The translations under genes and the position numbers were made by a program. A stretch of DNA of 64,000 nucleotides from Eledone cirrhosa. Lineage: Eukaryota. Numbering within the stretch: the first letter of the stretch is position 1; each line of letters opens with the position of its first letter. Shown here piece by piece: positions 34,888 through 48,012 of this stretch. The stretch is from assembly GCA_964016885.1 (NCBI GenBank), contig OZ024742.1, positions 181,288,001-181,352,000 of the forward strand, read 5' to 3'. Below the pieces are notes generated by a model that searched no databases, had not been told where the DNA came from, and saw nothing but the letters and a program-made list of their open reading frames with translations.

Positions 34888-35026
34888 ATCTATGTACCTA
34901 CCTACCTATTTACCTACCTACCTACCTATCTAGTAGTTTGTTTTGATTGTTTTATTGCTGGGGAATATTTTTCTGTGTTTGCTTATTTTTTATCTGGAGG
35001 AAGAGTTATAGACCATAGCTTTTGCC

Positions 35027-35580
35027 ATGATATTATTAATGTCCCACTTAAACTGGTACAAGACTCTCTCAGTGTGACATGATATCATTAATGTCCCACT
35101 TAAACTGGTACAAGACTCTCAGTATGATATGATATCATTAATGTCCCACTTAAACTGTTGTTAAGTTCTCGCTGTCTAATATGATATCATTAATGTCCTG
35201 CTTAAACTGGTACAAGACTCTCTCAGTATGACATGATATCATTAATGTCCAGCTTAAACTGTTACAAGACTCTCTCAGTATGACATGATATCATTAATGT
35301 CCCACTTAAACTGGTACAAGACTCTCTCAGTATGATATGATATCATTAATGTCCCACTTAAACTGGTACAAGACTCTCAGTATGATATGATATCATTAAT
35401 GTCCCACTTAAACTGGTACAAGACTCTCAGTATGATATGATATCATTAATGTCGCACTTAAGCTGGTACAAGACACTCTCAGTATGATATGATATCATTA
35501 ATGTCCTACTTAAACTGGTTCAAGACTCAGTATGATATGATATCATTAATATCCCACTTACACTGTTACAAGTCTGATAT
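35027..35580. repeat. Minisatellite, about 50-52-bp unit, about 11 copies
   Basis: ATGATATCATTAATGTCCCACTTAAACTGGTACAAGACTCTCTCAGTATGAT repeated. Confidence 0.95.
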
Positions 35581-37433
35581 CATACGCAGGTCGACTGACC
35601 CAATGTGGTGGGGAGTTCAACATAGTCCCTGGAAAGAAACAATGCAGTTATTAATAAGAAGATTTAAGATTAATGCATGCAAGATTTCACAGTGTTTGTA
35701 TCACTCCTTCATTTTCAGTCTATGAACATTTCAGCCAGCCCTCATACTGTTAATGTATCACTTAAACTGTTAGATATCATTGGCTGCAGGAAAACAAAAA
35801 CGTGTGCAGAGTGGATTTCCAGAGGACTGACATTCTGGAAAGTAGAGACTAAGGAATAAATAATATGTGTGGAGAGTGAGCAGCTGGTGAAGGGACATTG
35901 CCAAGTGGTTAGGGTGTTGGACATGCATAGGTTCATGTTCTTGAGCAAGATACTTCATTTCATGTTGAGGTTGTGTATTTGCCTGGAAAGGTCTTCAGTG
36001 ATGATGGTACCTAGAATTTGAAGTGATTTGGAGCTTTAGCAGATTCAGGGATCCACAATATTTAAAGATCCCCAAATAAACTTTTTTTGCTATAAAGGAC
36101 CTGATAACATTTTCAGCCCTATAATATTTAGAGTCCCACAAATTTATTTTTTTGCTACTACAAATAATATGCAAGGACACCGATTATATTTTCAGCCAGT
36201 GGCCCCATGCAAACTTAATCCTTCCCCGGTCATGACAATTCTAGTGGTGTGCTGTTCATGTTTGAAAGAGGTGGTTTCCAATAATGCTGCTTGTTTTTTT
36301 CTTTTGCTCTTCATGGAGACAGGATTTGTATGACCCTATTAGAAGAGGTTTTCAATATGAAATCAATGCAGATTTGCTGGGGGTTTCTGGATATATGTGG
36401 AAGGTGTTTTTTATATCTTATTATCAGTTGGGTCTGGATAAATGTAGACCTGTGTAAAACTGGTAATAGACCAAGGATAGATGTAAAATGTAGACCTCAC
36501 TGACCAAGCTGATAATAGGCCCAGGATAGATGTAAAATATACCTTCCACCCCGATGGAATTTTGGAATCCATATATGGATAGATTTGACATGGTCAGAAA
36601 CTGATGGTGAGGGCAACAGTACTGTTTTCAGCAAACTTCTTGTGCCAACATAGCAGAACAGGTCCCATTAGATGAGTAGAGGGGGAAGGGATTCAAGATA
36701 ATTTTTGCTTGAAATGCTACAGCACAGCTATGAGTGAATCAGGGGCAGTTTCAGGTGGTTTGCTAAGAAAAGGCGTGGGTGTCAGGTGAGGATAAGGTGT
36801 GACATACCTAAAAGGATATTATCAGTCATCCACCTAGCTCTTTTCTGATGAGTCAGAGGCAAAGCATATGTGCTGCCAAGGATAGTTAACTTAGAACTGG
36901 TGGAGCATATCCAGGTAAGAGAGAATGTGAAAGATTGATAGAGTGGAATCTGCATATGAGCAGACATTCTTTCATGGGAGAATTAGTTTACATGGCTGAG
37001 GCTGAGGCTGATGTAGCAGGTATTTTGAAAATAATCAAGAATTTAGTGGGATTTAATAATATAACAGTCTCTTGTTACTATATTTTACATGTGAAGACAC
37101 TGCCTGTGATTTTTAAATCATTTTGAAAATAATCAAAAATTTAATTGCATTTAGAAATATAACTAACTTTCTCTTAATAAAATTTCTTACATAAAATTTA
37201 GATAAATATAATTACTTTGAAATTTGAAAGTAGTTGTCCCGACGTAGATCCCTATAAATAATAGTTGAGAAAATCAGGTAAAATATCCTTGGAAACTGAA
37301 AAAAATGGGGAGAGATGCCTGTAAAGAACTGAATCCGACATTTTCAATGTAAACAGCTCAGTTTCAGGTGGTCTGCTAAGAAAAGGGTCAACTGGGAATT
37401 ATAGGTGTTAATATCCAAGTGAAAGAGAATTTA

Positions 37434-37573
37434 CCGTATTTCCCGATGTCGAAGACGCTACTTTTTTCCTAAAATAAGTCTAAAAAATCTACTATGCGTC
37501 CTGGAGGCCGAAGGTTGTTTATTATTTTTTTTCAAATTTTTGGTTATCAAAATTAGGGTGCCGGGAAATACGG
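37434..37573. mobile_element. Tc2/pogo-like MITE
   Basis: 12-bp TIRs CCGTATTTCCCG and CGGGAAATACGG with TA on both sides. It splits a segment whose uninterrupted paralogue lies at about 36908-36995. Confidence 0.8.
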
Positions 37574-38029
37574 TAATTGGGGAAGTGGAATCTACATATG
37601 AGTAGATTCATTCTTTCAAAGGGTGTTGAAAGATTAGATTGTACATGGCTAATGTTGATACTGGCATAGCAAGTATCACTGGCTGTTCTCCATGGCAGTG
37701 ATTTCACCATCTTGTTCTACAGGGTGCAGTAGACAAGATATACCACTTGGTTAGGGGTGTAAAGTTTTCTCACTCATCTGAAATTCCCATTAGAATCCAA
37801 AACAACATTTCAATAAGCCGAGGACTCTACATGAATAAATGGCAAAAGTAATGAATTACAGTAATAATACTGATGTGTCTACACATCAACACACATTTTA
37901 TACTACCAACACATACAAATAAGGCCACGTGGTTCTTATATTAACAGTATGGAGTTAAGTAAGCACTACATAATTATTATATAGATTTGCAGCTATTAGA
38001 GCATAAAACAAAAGCATTTATGAAGCAAT

Positions 38030-38310
38030 CTAAAAGTCTAAAGTCTGTCTTAAGCCAGAAGGTTCATTTGGCCGGTGCTTATCCCAGTTTCATGGCATGA
38101 AGCGACTGAGAGTACAAGACTTCCTCCTGGACAGGACACCAGTCTATCGCAGGGTTAAATCCCCAGCTATTACTCATTTTCAGCTAAGTATGTTGGAGCA
38201 GCGTGAAATGAAGTGTTTTGCTCAAGAACACAACACAGAACCCAGGAATTGAACCCTCGACATTATGATCGTAAGTCCAACACCCTTACCACTAGGCCAC
38301 ATCCCTCCAC
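38030..38310 (-). mobile_element. tRNA-derived SINE, family B, full length
   Basis: Reverse complement aligns to 60274-60545. TSD TTATGAA(G/A)CAAT at 38018-38029 and 38311-38322. Confidence 0.88.
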
Positions 38311-38439
38311 TTATGAAACAATAGAAATACATAAATAGAGGAAATCCCAAATCTTCAAAAAACACACACCTTATAATGATATTGTATACTTTAATTAGAG
38401 AAATCTATCTATCTCCAGCCACTCCCTCTCTTATTTCCT

Positions 38440-38565
38440 TTCTGCCTCTCTCTATCTCTGTCTCTCTTTATCTGTCTCTCTCTATCTCTGTCTCTCTTTA
38501 TCTGCCTCTCTCTATCTCTGTCTCTCTTTATCTGTCTCTCTCTATCTCTGTTACTTTATGTCTGT
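38440..38565. repeat. 30-bp CT-rich tandem repeat, about 4 copies
   Basis: TCTCTCTATCTCTGTCTCTCTTTATCTG repeated. Confidence 0.85.
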
Positions 38566-38958
38566 CTTTGATTTAATTAATAAATATGAACATAAAATGA
38601 AACTGCACCAAGTCTAACAATTATTACATAAATGCATATAAGAACACGAACGTGTGTGTGTATGTGTGCATGTATGTGTGCGTGTTTGAGTGTGTGTGTA
38701 TGTGTGTATGTATGTATGTATGTATGTACGTACGTATGTATGTGTGTGTGTGTGTGTAACCAATAGAGATCCTGTTTCTAAACCAGAAACAAGACTCTTT
38801 CATAGGAATGTAGACAAGGGCGGTGCCCCAGCATGGCCTCAGCCGGATGGCTGGAACAGGTAAAAGAGTAAAAGAGTAAGAGCAACTCGACAATTATGTG
38901 TCTGTCTTGATATATGCATGTGTGGACCTGTATGATTTGAATTATATATCTGTCCATA

Positions 38959-39260
38959 TCATCATCATCATCATCATCATCAACGTTTAACGTCCGTGTT
39001 CCACGCTTGCATGGGTTTGGACGGGGGTTTTCCCACTTGAGGCAAGAGTGATTGTCTTGCTCGCATAGGACTGTCTGGCAGGTTTTCTACAGCTGGATGC
39101 CCTTCCTAACACCAACCACATTTACAGTGTGGGGCTGGGAGGTTTTTACCGTGTTGCCTACACGGCCACATTACAGCGTGGACTATGTGCTTTTTTGTCG
39201 TGACACCTACACGATCTCATTTGTTTCGGCCTGGATGGTGTAGCACCAACATAACTTTAC
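38959..39260 (-). mobile_element. (GAT)n-tailed retroposon, 3' part
   Basis: (CAT)n..CGTTTAACGTCCGTGTTCCACGCTTGCATGGG...GCTGGATGCCCTTCCTAACACCAACCAC. Confidence 0.7.
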
Positions 39261-39460
39261 ATTGAAAGGGGCGGTGTGGATGGGGTGGGGGTGGTGGGAC
39301 GGGGGTGTATTTTGTTAGAGATGCCTACTGACTGTAGTAGGTTACTTCAAAAAGAGTGAAGGAAAAGTGGACCTCAGCAGAAACTTGAACAAATATCCAA
39401 CACTATTGATTTTGCCAAACTGACTGTCTTAATAAACACTTGTATACATACACATAGCTG

Positions 39461-39690
39461 GGGCGAATTGGCAGAGTCATCAGAACGTCACATAGAATGC
39501 TTTATGGTATTCCTTGAGGCTATCTGCTCTCTGAGTTCAAATCCTGCCGATGTCAATTTTGTTTTCATCCTTTCGAGGTTCATAAAAAGAGTACCAATTC
39601 TTCCTCTCTCTGGAAGAAATCTGTTGTACTTAGGCCAAGAGAGGAATGGGCACCATCGGGCTTAAAATGTCCAAGAAACGCTGTATGTCA
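39461..39690 (+). mobile_element. SINE with family-A-like head and core but an alternative tail
   Basis: TGGCAGAGTC..GAGTTCAAATCC..TTTCATCCTTTCGAGG..GTACCA then TCTGGAAGAAATC..AAGAGAGGAATGGG. The same tail occurs reversed at 55630-55670. Confidence 0.65.
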
Positions 39691-40557
39691 ATACAACTCT
39701 ATCAGGAGTTACGGGACCATAACATACATACACATAAGAACGCACATAGACATACAAATATACACAAAAATATGCATTTAGCTGGTATCTGGGAGATATG
39801 GGGTTCGATTCTTCATAGCAATTGATGGCAACTTCTTTTTCCATCTTTAAGGATCTTCACCCAATTTTATAAACTATTTTATGGCATCTCTGTGCATGAG
39901 CACATCATTCTTTACAATTATTTACTTGTATGGAAACTGAAAACTGCTCAATATTCTTTTTAATTACTGATTATGGAGGAAGAGGCAGTGGCCATCATAT
40001 GGAAGTTGTACCTTTACAGAGAGTAACTATTTGACTGAAATAATGAAAATGGAGAATAATAAATACAATGGTTTTATTTGATTGCCATGGAAAGATTTAT
40101 TCTCTATTGGTGGATAAATCAATTTAACCATGACTGTAACAACTTTGATTAACCATGATAATATAGTGTACATATAATATGAGCTTCAATGTTAATGTCT
40201 TGTTCAAATACACAGATAAAATGAATAAAATAAACAGTGTTTTACATGTATGATAATGAATTACACATATACACACATCATCATCAACATTTTATGTTCA
40301 TTTTCCATGCTGTCATGTGGTGGATGGGTTGTCATGATTCAAGATTAGGTGTTCCATGTTTGACGTGGTTTCTATGGCTGGATGTATTAGTTGCATTCTA
40401 TTCTGGCACCAGCACTATAACTTTACAGAGAGTACTGGGTGTGTTTTTGTGGCTCCAGCAATAGAGAAGTTGTCATATTCTCAGCCAGACTAAAGAGTTC
40501 TCTTTACTCTATATTGTCTCCCTTTGATAGCCAACCATGGAATATGAATACACATAT

Positions 40558-40856
40558 GAAGGCACATGACTTAGTGGTTAGAGCATCAGGCTTACAATTA
40601 TGAGGTTCTACGTTCGATTCCCATACTTGGCTTTGTGTTCTGTTCTTGAGCAAGACACTTTATTTCATGTTACTCCACTGGTGTCAAGCTGTATTGGAAT
40701 TTACCTTTCCCTTGGACAACATCGGTGGTGTGGAAAAGGGAGACTGGTATGCATGGGCGGCTGCTGGTCTTCTAACAACCTTGCCTGGACTAGTGCCTCA
40801 GAGGGGAACTTTCTAGGTGCAAATCCCAGGCCATTCGTGACCAAAAGGTGTCTTTA
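40558..40856 (+). mobile_element. tRNA-derived SINE, family C (family-B head and core, different body)
   Basis: TGACTTAGTGGTTAG A-box, GTTCGATTCC B-box, TTCTTGAGCAAGACACTTTATTTCA core, then an unrelated 3' half. Confidence 0.65.
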
Positions 40857-40943
40857 TTTGCTTTTTAATGTACATACGTGCATGGGTTTGCATTCCTGCC
40901 ACTACGAGCACTTATTAAAGATATGAATAAATAAATATAGAAT

Positions 40944-41128
40944 TGTTTCTACTTTAGGCACAAGGCCAGCAATTACTCAGTACATTACTGGTACTTTATT
41001 TTATCGACCCCGTAAGGATGAAAGGCAAAGTTAACCTCGGCGGGATTTGAACTCAGACTGTAAAGGGACGTAACTATGCTAGAAAGCATGGCGTCCAACC
41101 CTCTACCGATACTGCAAATTCACCGCCC
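40944..41128 (-). mobile_element. SINE family A, full length
   Basis: Aligns to 521-702. TSD TAAATATA(G/T)AAT at 40932-40943 and 41129-41140. Confidence 0.9.
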
Positions 41129-41159
41129 TAAATATATAATGACATCCAGGTGTTATCAC

Positions 41160-41380
41160 AAAAAGCACCCAGTCCACACTGTAAAGTGGTTGTGTAGGAG
41201 ACAGGGCAAAAAGCACCCAGCATACACTGTAAATGTGGTTGACGTTAGGAAGGAAACCCAGTCGTAGCAAAACAGCCTGAAACAGTCCTATATGAGTGAT
41301 ATACGGGCACCAGACACAGCTAGCCTCAAATGGGACAAGCCCATCTAACCCATGCTAGCATGGAAGATAGACGTTAAACA

Positions 41381-41418
<38 letters not shown>

Positions 41419-41419
41419 A
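41160..41419 (+). mobile_element. (GAT)n-tailed retroposon, 3' part
   Basis: AAAAGCACCCAG twice, GGTTGACGTTAGGAAGG, CCCATGCTAGCATGGAA..GACGTTAAAC then (GAT)n. Confidence 0.75.
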
Positions 41420-41468
41420 ACTAGATAAAAATACTCTCTAGAGCCATAAATTGTGTGTGGACAGGCTT

Positions 41469-44400
41469 CAGTACTATGTCTTTAACTGTAAATGCATGTG
41501 TTTAGGTGTGCTGCACTATGTCTTTAGCTCTACATACATGTGTTTAGGTGTGTACAGCACTATATCTTCAGCTGTAAATGCATATATTTAGGTGTGTACT
41601 GCACTATGTTTTTAGCTGTACATACATGTGTTTAGGTGTGTACAGCACTATGTCTTTAACTGTACATACATGTGTTTAGGTGTCAACAGCACTATGTCTT
41701 TAACTGTACATACCTGTGTTTAGGTGTGTACAGCACTATGTCTTTAGCTGTACATACATGTGTTTAGGTGTGTACAGCACTATGTCTTTAAATGTACATA
41801 CATGTGTTTAGGTGTGTACAGCACTATGTCTTTAGCTCTACATACATGTGTATAGGTGTGTACAGTACTATGTCTTTAAATGTACATACATGTGTTTAAG
41901 TGTGTACAGTACTATGTCTTTAACTGTACATACATGTGTTTAGGTGTGTACAGCACTATGTCTTTAAATGTACATACATGTGTTTAGATGTGTACTGCAC
42001 TATGTCTTTAACTGTACATACATGTGTTTAGGTGTGTACAGCACTATGTCTTTAACTGTACATACATGTGTTTAGGTGTGTACTGCACTATGTCTTTAAC
42101 TGTACATACATGTGTTTAGGTGTGTACTGCACTATGTCTTTAACTGTACATATATTTGTTTAGGTGTGTACTGCTCTATGTCTTTAACTGTACATATATG
42201 TGTTTAGGTGTGTACAATACTATGTCTTTAACTGTACATACATGCGTTTAGGTGTGTACTGCACTATGTCTTTAACTGTACAGACATGTGTTTAGGTGTG
42301 TACAGCACTATGTCTTTAACTGTACATACATGTGTTTAGGTGTCTACAGCCCTATGCCTTTAGCTCTACATACATGTGTATAGGTGTGTACAGCACTATG
42401 TCTTTAACTGTGCATACATGTGTTTAGGTATGTACAGCACTATGTCTTTAACTGTACATACATGTGTTTAGGTGTGTACTGCACTATGTCTTTAACTGTA
42501 CATACATGTGTTTAGGTGTGTACAGCATTATGTCTTTAACTGTACATACATGTGTTTAGGTGTGTACTGCACTATGTCTTTAACTGTACATACATGTGTT
42601 TAGGTGTGTACTGCACTATGTCTTTAACTGTACATACATGTGTTTAGGTGTGTACTGCACTATGTCTTTAACTGTACATACATGTGTTTAGGTGTGTACT
42701 GCACTATGTCTTTAACTGTACATACTTGTGTTTAGATGTGTACAGCGCTGTCTTTAACTGTACATACATGTGTTTAGGTGTGTACTGCACTGTCTTTAAC
42801 TGTACATACATGTGTTTAGGTGTGTACAGCATTATGTCTTTAACTGTACATACATGTGTTTAGGTGTGTACAGCACTATGTCTTTAACTGTACATACATG
42901 TGTTTAGGTGTGTACTGCACTATGTCTTTAACTGTACATACATGTGTTTAGGTGTGTACTGCACTATGTCTTTAACTGTACATACATGTGTTTAGGTGTG
43001 TACAGCACTATGTCTTTAACTATACATACATGTGTTTTGGTGTGTACTGCACTATGTCTTTAACTGTACAAACATGTGTTTAGGTGTGTACAGCACTATG
43101 TCTTCAAATGTACATACATGTGTTTAGGTGTGTGCAGCACTATGTCTTTAGCTCTACATACATGTGTATAGGTGTGTACAGTACTATGTCTTTAAATGTA
43201 CATACATGTGTTTAGGTGTGTACTGCACTATGTCTTTAACTGTACATACATGTGTTTATGTGTGTACAGCACTATGTCTTTAACTGTACATACATGTGTT
43301 TAGGTGTGTACAGTACTATGTCTTTAACTGTACATACATGTGTTTAGGTGTGTACAGCACTATGTCTTTAAATGTACATACATGTGTTTAGGTGTGTACT
43401 GCACTATGTCTTTAACTGTACATACATGTGTTTAGGTGTGTACAGCACTATGTCTTTAACTGTACATACATGTGTTTACGTGTGTACTGCACTATGTCTT
43501 TAACTGTACATACATGTGTTTAGGTGTGTACTGCACTATGTCTTTAACTGTACATACATGTGTTTAGGTGTGTACTGCTCTATGTCTTTAACTGTACATA
43601 CATGTGTTTAGGTGTGTACAATACTATGTCTTTAACTGTACATACATGTGTTTAGGTGTGTACAGCACTATGTCTTTAACTGTACATACATGTGTTTAGG
43701 TGTGTACTGCACTATGTCTTTAACTGTACATACATGTGTTTAGGTGTGTACTGCACTATGTCTTTAACTGTACATACATGTGTTTAGGTGTGTACAGTAC
43801 TATGACTTTAACCATACAAACATGTGTTTAGGTGTGTACAGTACTATGTCTTTAACTGTACATACATGTGTTTAGGTGTGTACTGCACTATGTCTTTAAC
43901 TGTACATACATGTGTTTAGGTGTGTACTGCACTATGTCTTTAACTGTACATACATGTGTTTAGGTGTGTACAGCATTATGTCTTTAACTGTACATACATG
44001 TGTTTAGGTGTGTACTGCACTATGTCTTTAACTGTACAGACATGTGTTTAGGTGTGTACAGCATTATGTCTTTAACTGTACATACATGTATTTAGGTGTG
44101 TACAGCATTATGTCTTTAACTGTACATACATGTGTTTAGGTGTGTACTGCACTATGTCTTTAACTGTACATACATGTGTTTAGGTGTGTACTGCACTATG
44201 TCTTTACCTGTACATACATGTGTTTAGGTGTGTACTGCACTATGTCTTTAACTGTACATACATGTGTTTAGGTGTGTACTGCACTATGTCTTTAACTGTA
44301 CATACTTGTGTTTAGGTGTGTACAGCACTGTCTTTAACTGTACATACATGTGTTTAGGTGTGTACTGCACTATGTCTTTAACTGTACATACATGTGTTTA

Positions 44401-46176
44401 GGTGTGTACAGCACTATGTCTTTAAATGTACATACATGTGTTTAGGTGTGTACTGCACTATGTCTTTAACTGTACATACATGTGTTTAGGTGTGTACAGC
44501 ACTATGTCTTTAACTGTACATACATGTGTTCAGGTGTGTACAGCACTATGTCTTTAACTGTACATACATGTGTTTAGGTCTGTACATCACTATGTCTTTA
44601 ACTGTACATACATGTGTTTAGGTGTGTACAGCACTATGTCTTTAACTGTACATACATGTGTTTAGGTGTGTACAGCACTATGTCTTTAACTGTACATACA
44701 TGTGTTTAGGTGTGTACTGCACTATGTCTTTAACTGTACATACATGTGTTTAGGTGTGTACAGCACTATGTCTTTAACTGTACATACATGTGTTTAGGTG
44801 TGTACTGCACTATGTCTTTAACTGTACATACATGTGTTTAGGTGTGTACTGCACTATGTCTTTAACTGTACATACATGTGTTTAGGTGTGTACTGCTCTA
44901 TGTCTTTAACTGTACATACATGTGTTTAGGTGTGTACAATACTATGTCTTTAACTGTACATACATGTGTTTAGGTGTGTACAGCACTATGTCTTTAACTG
45001 TACATACATGTGTTTAGGTGTGTACTGCACTATGTCTTTAACTGTACATACATGTGTTTAGGTGTGTACTGCACTATGTCTTTAACTGTACATACATGTG
45101 TTTAGGTGTGTACAGTACTATGACTTTAACCATACAAACATGTGTTTAGGTGTGTACAGTACTATGTCTTTAACTGTACATACATGTGTTTAGGTGTGTA
45201 CTGCACTATGTCTTTAACTGTACATACATGTGTTTAGGTGTGTACTGCACTATGTCTTTAACTGTACATACATGTGTTTAGGTGTGTACAGCATTATGTC
45301 TTTAACTGTACATACATGTGTTTAGGTGTGTACAGCACTATGTCTTTAACTGTACATACATGTGTTTAGGTGTGTACAGCACTATGTCTTTAACTGTACA
45401 TACATGTGTTTAGGTGTGTACTGCACTATGTCTTTAACTGTACAGACATGTGTTTAGGTGTGTACAGCATTATGTCTTTAACTGTACATACATGTATTTA
45501 GGTGTGTACAGCATTATGTCTTTAACTGTACATACATGTGTTTAGGTGTGTACTGCACTATGTCTTTAACTGTACATACATGTGTTTAGGTGTGTACTGC
45601 ACTATGTCTTTACCTGTACATACATGTGTTTAGGTGTGTACTGCACTATGTCTTTAACTGTACATACATGTGTTTAGGTGTGTACTGCACTATGTCTTTA
45701 ACTGTACATACTTGTGTTTAGGTGTGTACAGCACTGTCTTTAACTGTACATACATGTGTTTAGGTGTGTACTGCACTATGTCTTTAACTGTACATACATG
45801 TGTTTAGGTGTGTACAGCACTATGTCTTTAACTGTACATACATGTGTTTAGGTGTGTACTGCACTATGTCTTTAACTGTACATACATGTGTTTAGGTGTG
45901 TACAGCACTATGTCTTTAACTGTACATACATGTGTTCAGGTGTGTACAGCACTATGTCTTTAACTGTACATACATGTGTTTAGGTCTGTACATCACTATG
46001 TCTTTAACTGTACATACATGTGTTTAGGTGTGTACAGCACTATGTCTTTAACTGTACATACATGTGTTTAGGTGTGTACAGCACTATGTCTTTAACTGTA
46101 CATACATGTGTTTAGGTGTGTACAGCACTATGTCTTTAACTGTATAAACATGTGTTTAGGTGTGTACTGCACTATG
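41469..46176. repeat. 44-bp satellite, about 107 copies
   Basis: GCACTATGTCTTTAACTGTACATACATGTGTTTAGGTGTGTAC(A/T). Period confirmed at 42001 and 42045. Confidence 0.98.
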
Positions 46177-46396
46177 TACAGCATATGAGTTGACTTGTTT
46201 GTCTGTTTCTATGTCCTTGTTTAATGATCTCATTAATATCAAAATTATTAGACCATTTGATGAATAAGGTCTAATCCAATTTTCCTGAATTGAAAGCTTA
46301 ATGTGTGATTAATTCACAGGTAAATACCTACCTGAATGTAATATTCACACAAGTATACAGCTTCTTATTTCAGTTTAATACTACAAACAATACACT

Positions 46397-47597
46397 GTGT
46401 TGCTGCTGTTGCAGTTGTTGTTGTTGTTGTTGGTGGTGGTGGCGGTGGTGGCGGTGCTGTTGTTGTTGGTGGTGGTGCTGTTGTTGGTGGTGCTGTTGTT
46501 GGTAGTGATGCTTCTGTTGTTGCTGTTGGTGGTGGTGGTGGTGGTGGTTATGGTGGTGGCAGTGCTGTTGTTGCTGGTGGTGCTGTTGTTGGTAGTGATG
46601 CTTCTGTTGTTGTTGTTGGTGGTGGTGGTGGTGGTGGTGCGGTTGTTGGTGGTGCTGTTGTTGGTGGTGCTGTTGTTAGTAGTGATGTGTCTGTTGTTGT
46701 TGTTGGTGGTGGTGGCGGTGCTGTTGTTGTTGGTGGTGCTGTTGTTGTTGGTGGTGGCGCCGTTGTTGTTGGTGGTGGTGCTGTTGTTAGTAGTGATGCG
46801 TCTGTTGTTGTTGTTGTTAGTGGTGGTGGTGGTGGTGGTGGTGGTGGTGGTGGTGATGTTGTTTTTTGTGTTGATAGTGGTGTTGATGGTGTTGATTGTG
46901 GTGTTGCTGTTGATGGTGGTATCATTGTTGTTGTTGGTTGTGGCCATGGTGTTGTTGTTGTTGTTGCTGGTGGTGGTGGTGCTGTTGTTTTTTGTGTTGA
47001 TAGTGGTGTTGATGCTGTTGATTGTGTTGTTGCTGTTGTTGATGGTGGTATTATTGTTGTTGTTGGTTGTGGCCATGGTGTTGTTGTTGTTGTTTATGGT
47101 GGTGGTGGTGATGATGATGTTTTTTGTGTTGATAGTGGTGTTGATGGTGTTGATTGTGGTGTTGCTGTTGTTGTTGATGGTGGTATTATTGTTGTTGTTG
47201 GTTGTGGCCATCGTGTTGTTGTTGTTGTTTATGGTGGTGGTGGTGATGATGATGTTTTTTGTGTTGATAGTGGTGTTGATGGTGTTGATTGTGGTGTTGC
47301 TGTTGTTGTTGATGGTGGTATTATTGTTGTTATTGGTTATGGCCATGGTGTTGTTGTTGTTGTTGTTGGTGGTGGTGATGTTGTTTTTTGTGTTGATAGT
47401 GGTGTTGATGGTATTGATTGTGGTGTTGCTGTTGTTGTTGATGGTGGTATTATTGTTGTAGTTGGTTGTGGCCATGGTGTTGTTGTTGGTGGTGGTGGTG
47501 ATGTCGTTTTTTGTGTTGATAGTGGTGTTGATGGTGTTGATTGTGTTGTTGCTGTTGTTGATGGTGCTATTATTGTTGTTGTTGGTTGTGGCCATGG

Positions 47598-47628
<31 letters not shown>

Positions 47629-47981
47629 GATGTTGTTTTTTGTGTTGATAGTGGTGTTGATGGTGTTGATTGTGTTGTTGCTGTTGTTGATGGTGCTATT
47701 ATTGTTGTTGTTGGTTGTGGCCATGGTGTTGTTGTTGTTGTTGATCGTGTTGATGGTGGTGTTATTTTTTGTGTTGATAGTGGTGTCGATGCTGTTGATT
47801 GTGGTGTTGCTGTTGTTGTTGATGGTGGTATTGTTGTTGTTGTTGGTTGTGGCCATGGTGATGTTGTTGTTGGTGGTGGTGATGTTGTTTTTTGTGTAGA
47901 TAGTGGTGTTGATGGTGTTGATTGTGGTGTTGCTGTTGTTGTTGATGGTGGTATTATTGTTGGTGTTGGTTGTGGCCTTGG

Positions 47982-48012
<31 letters not shown>

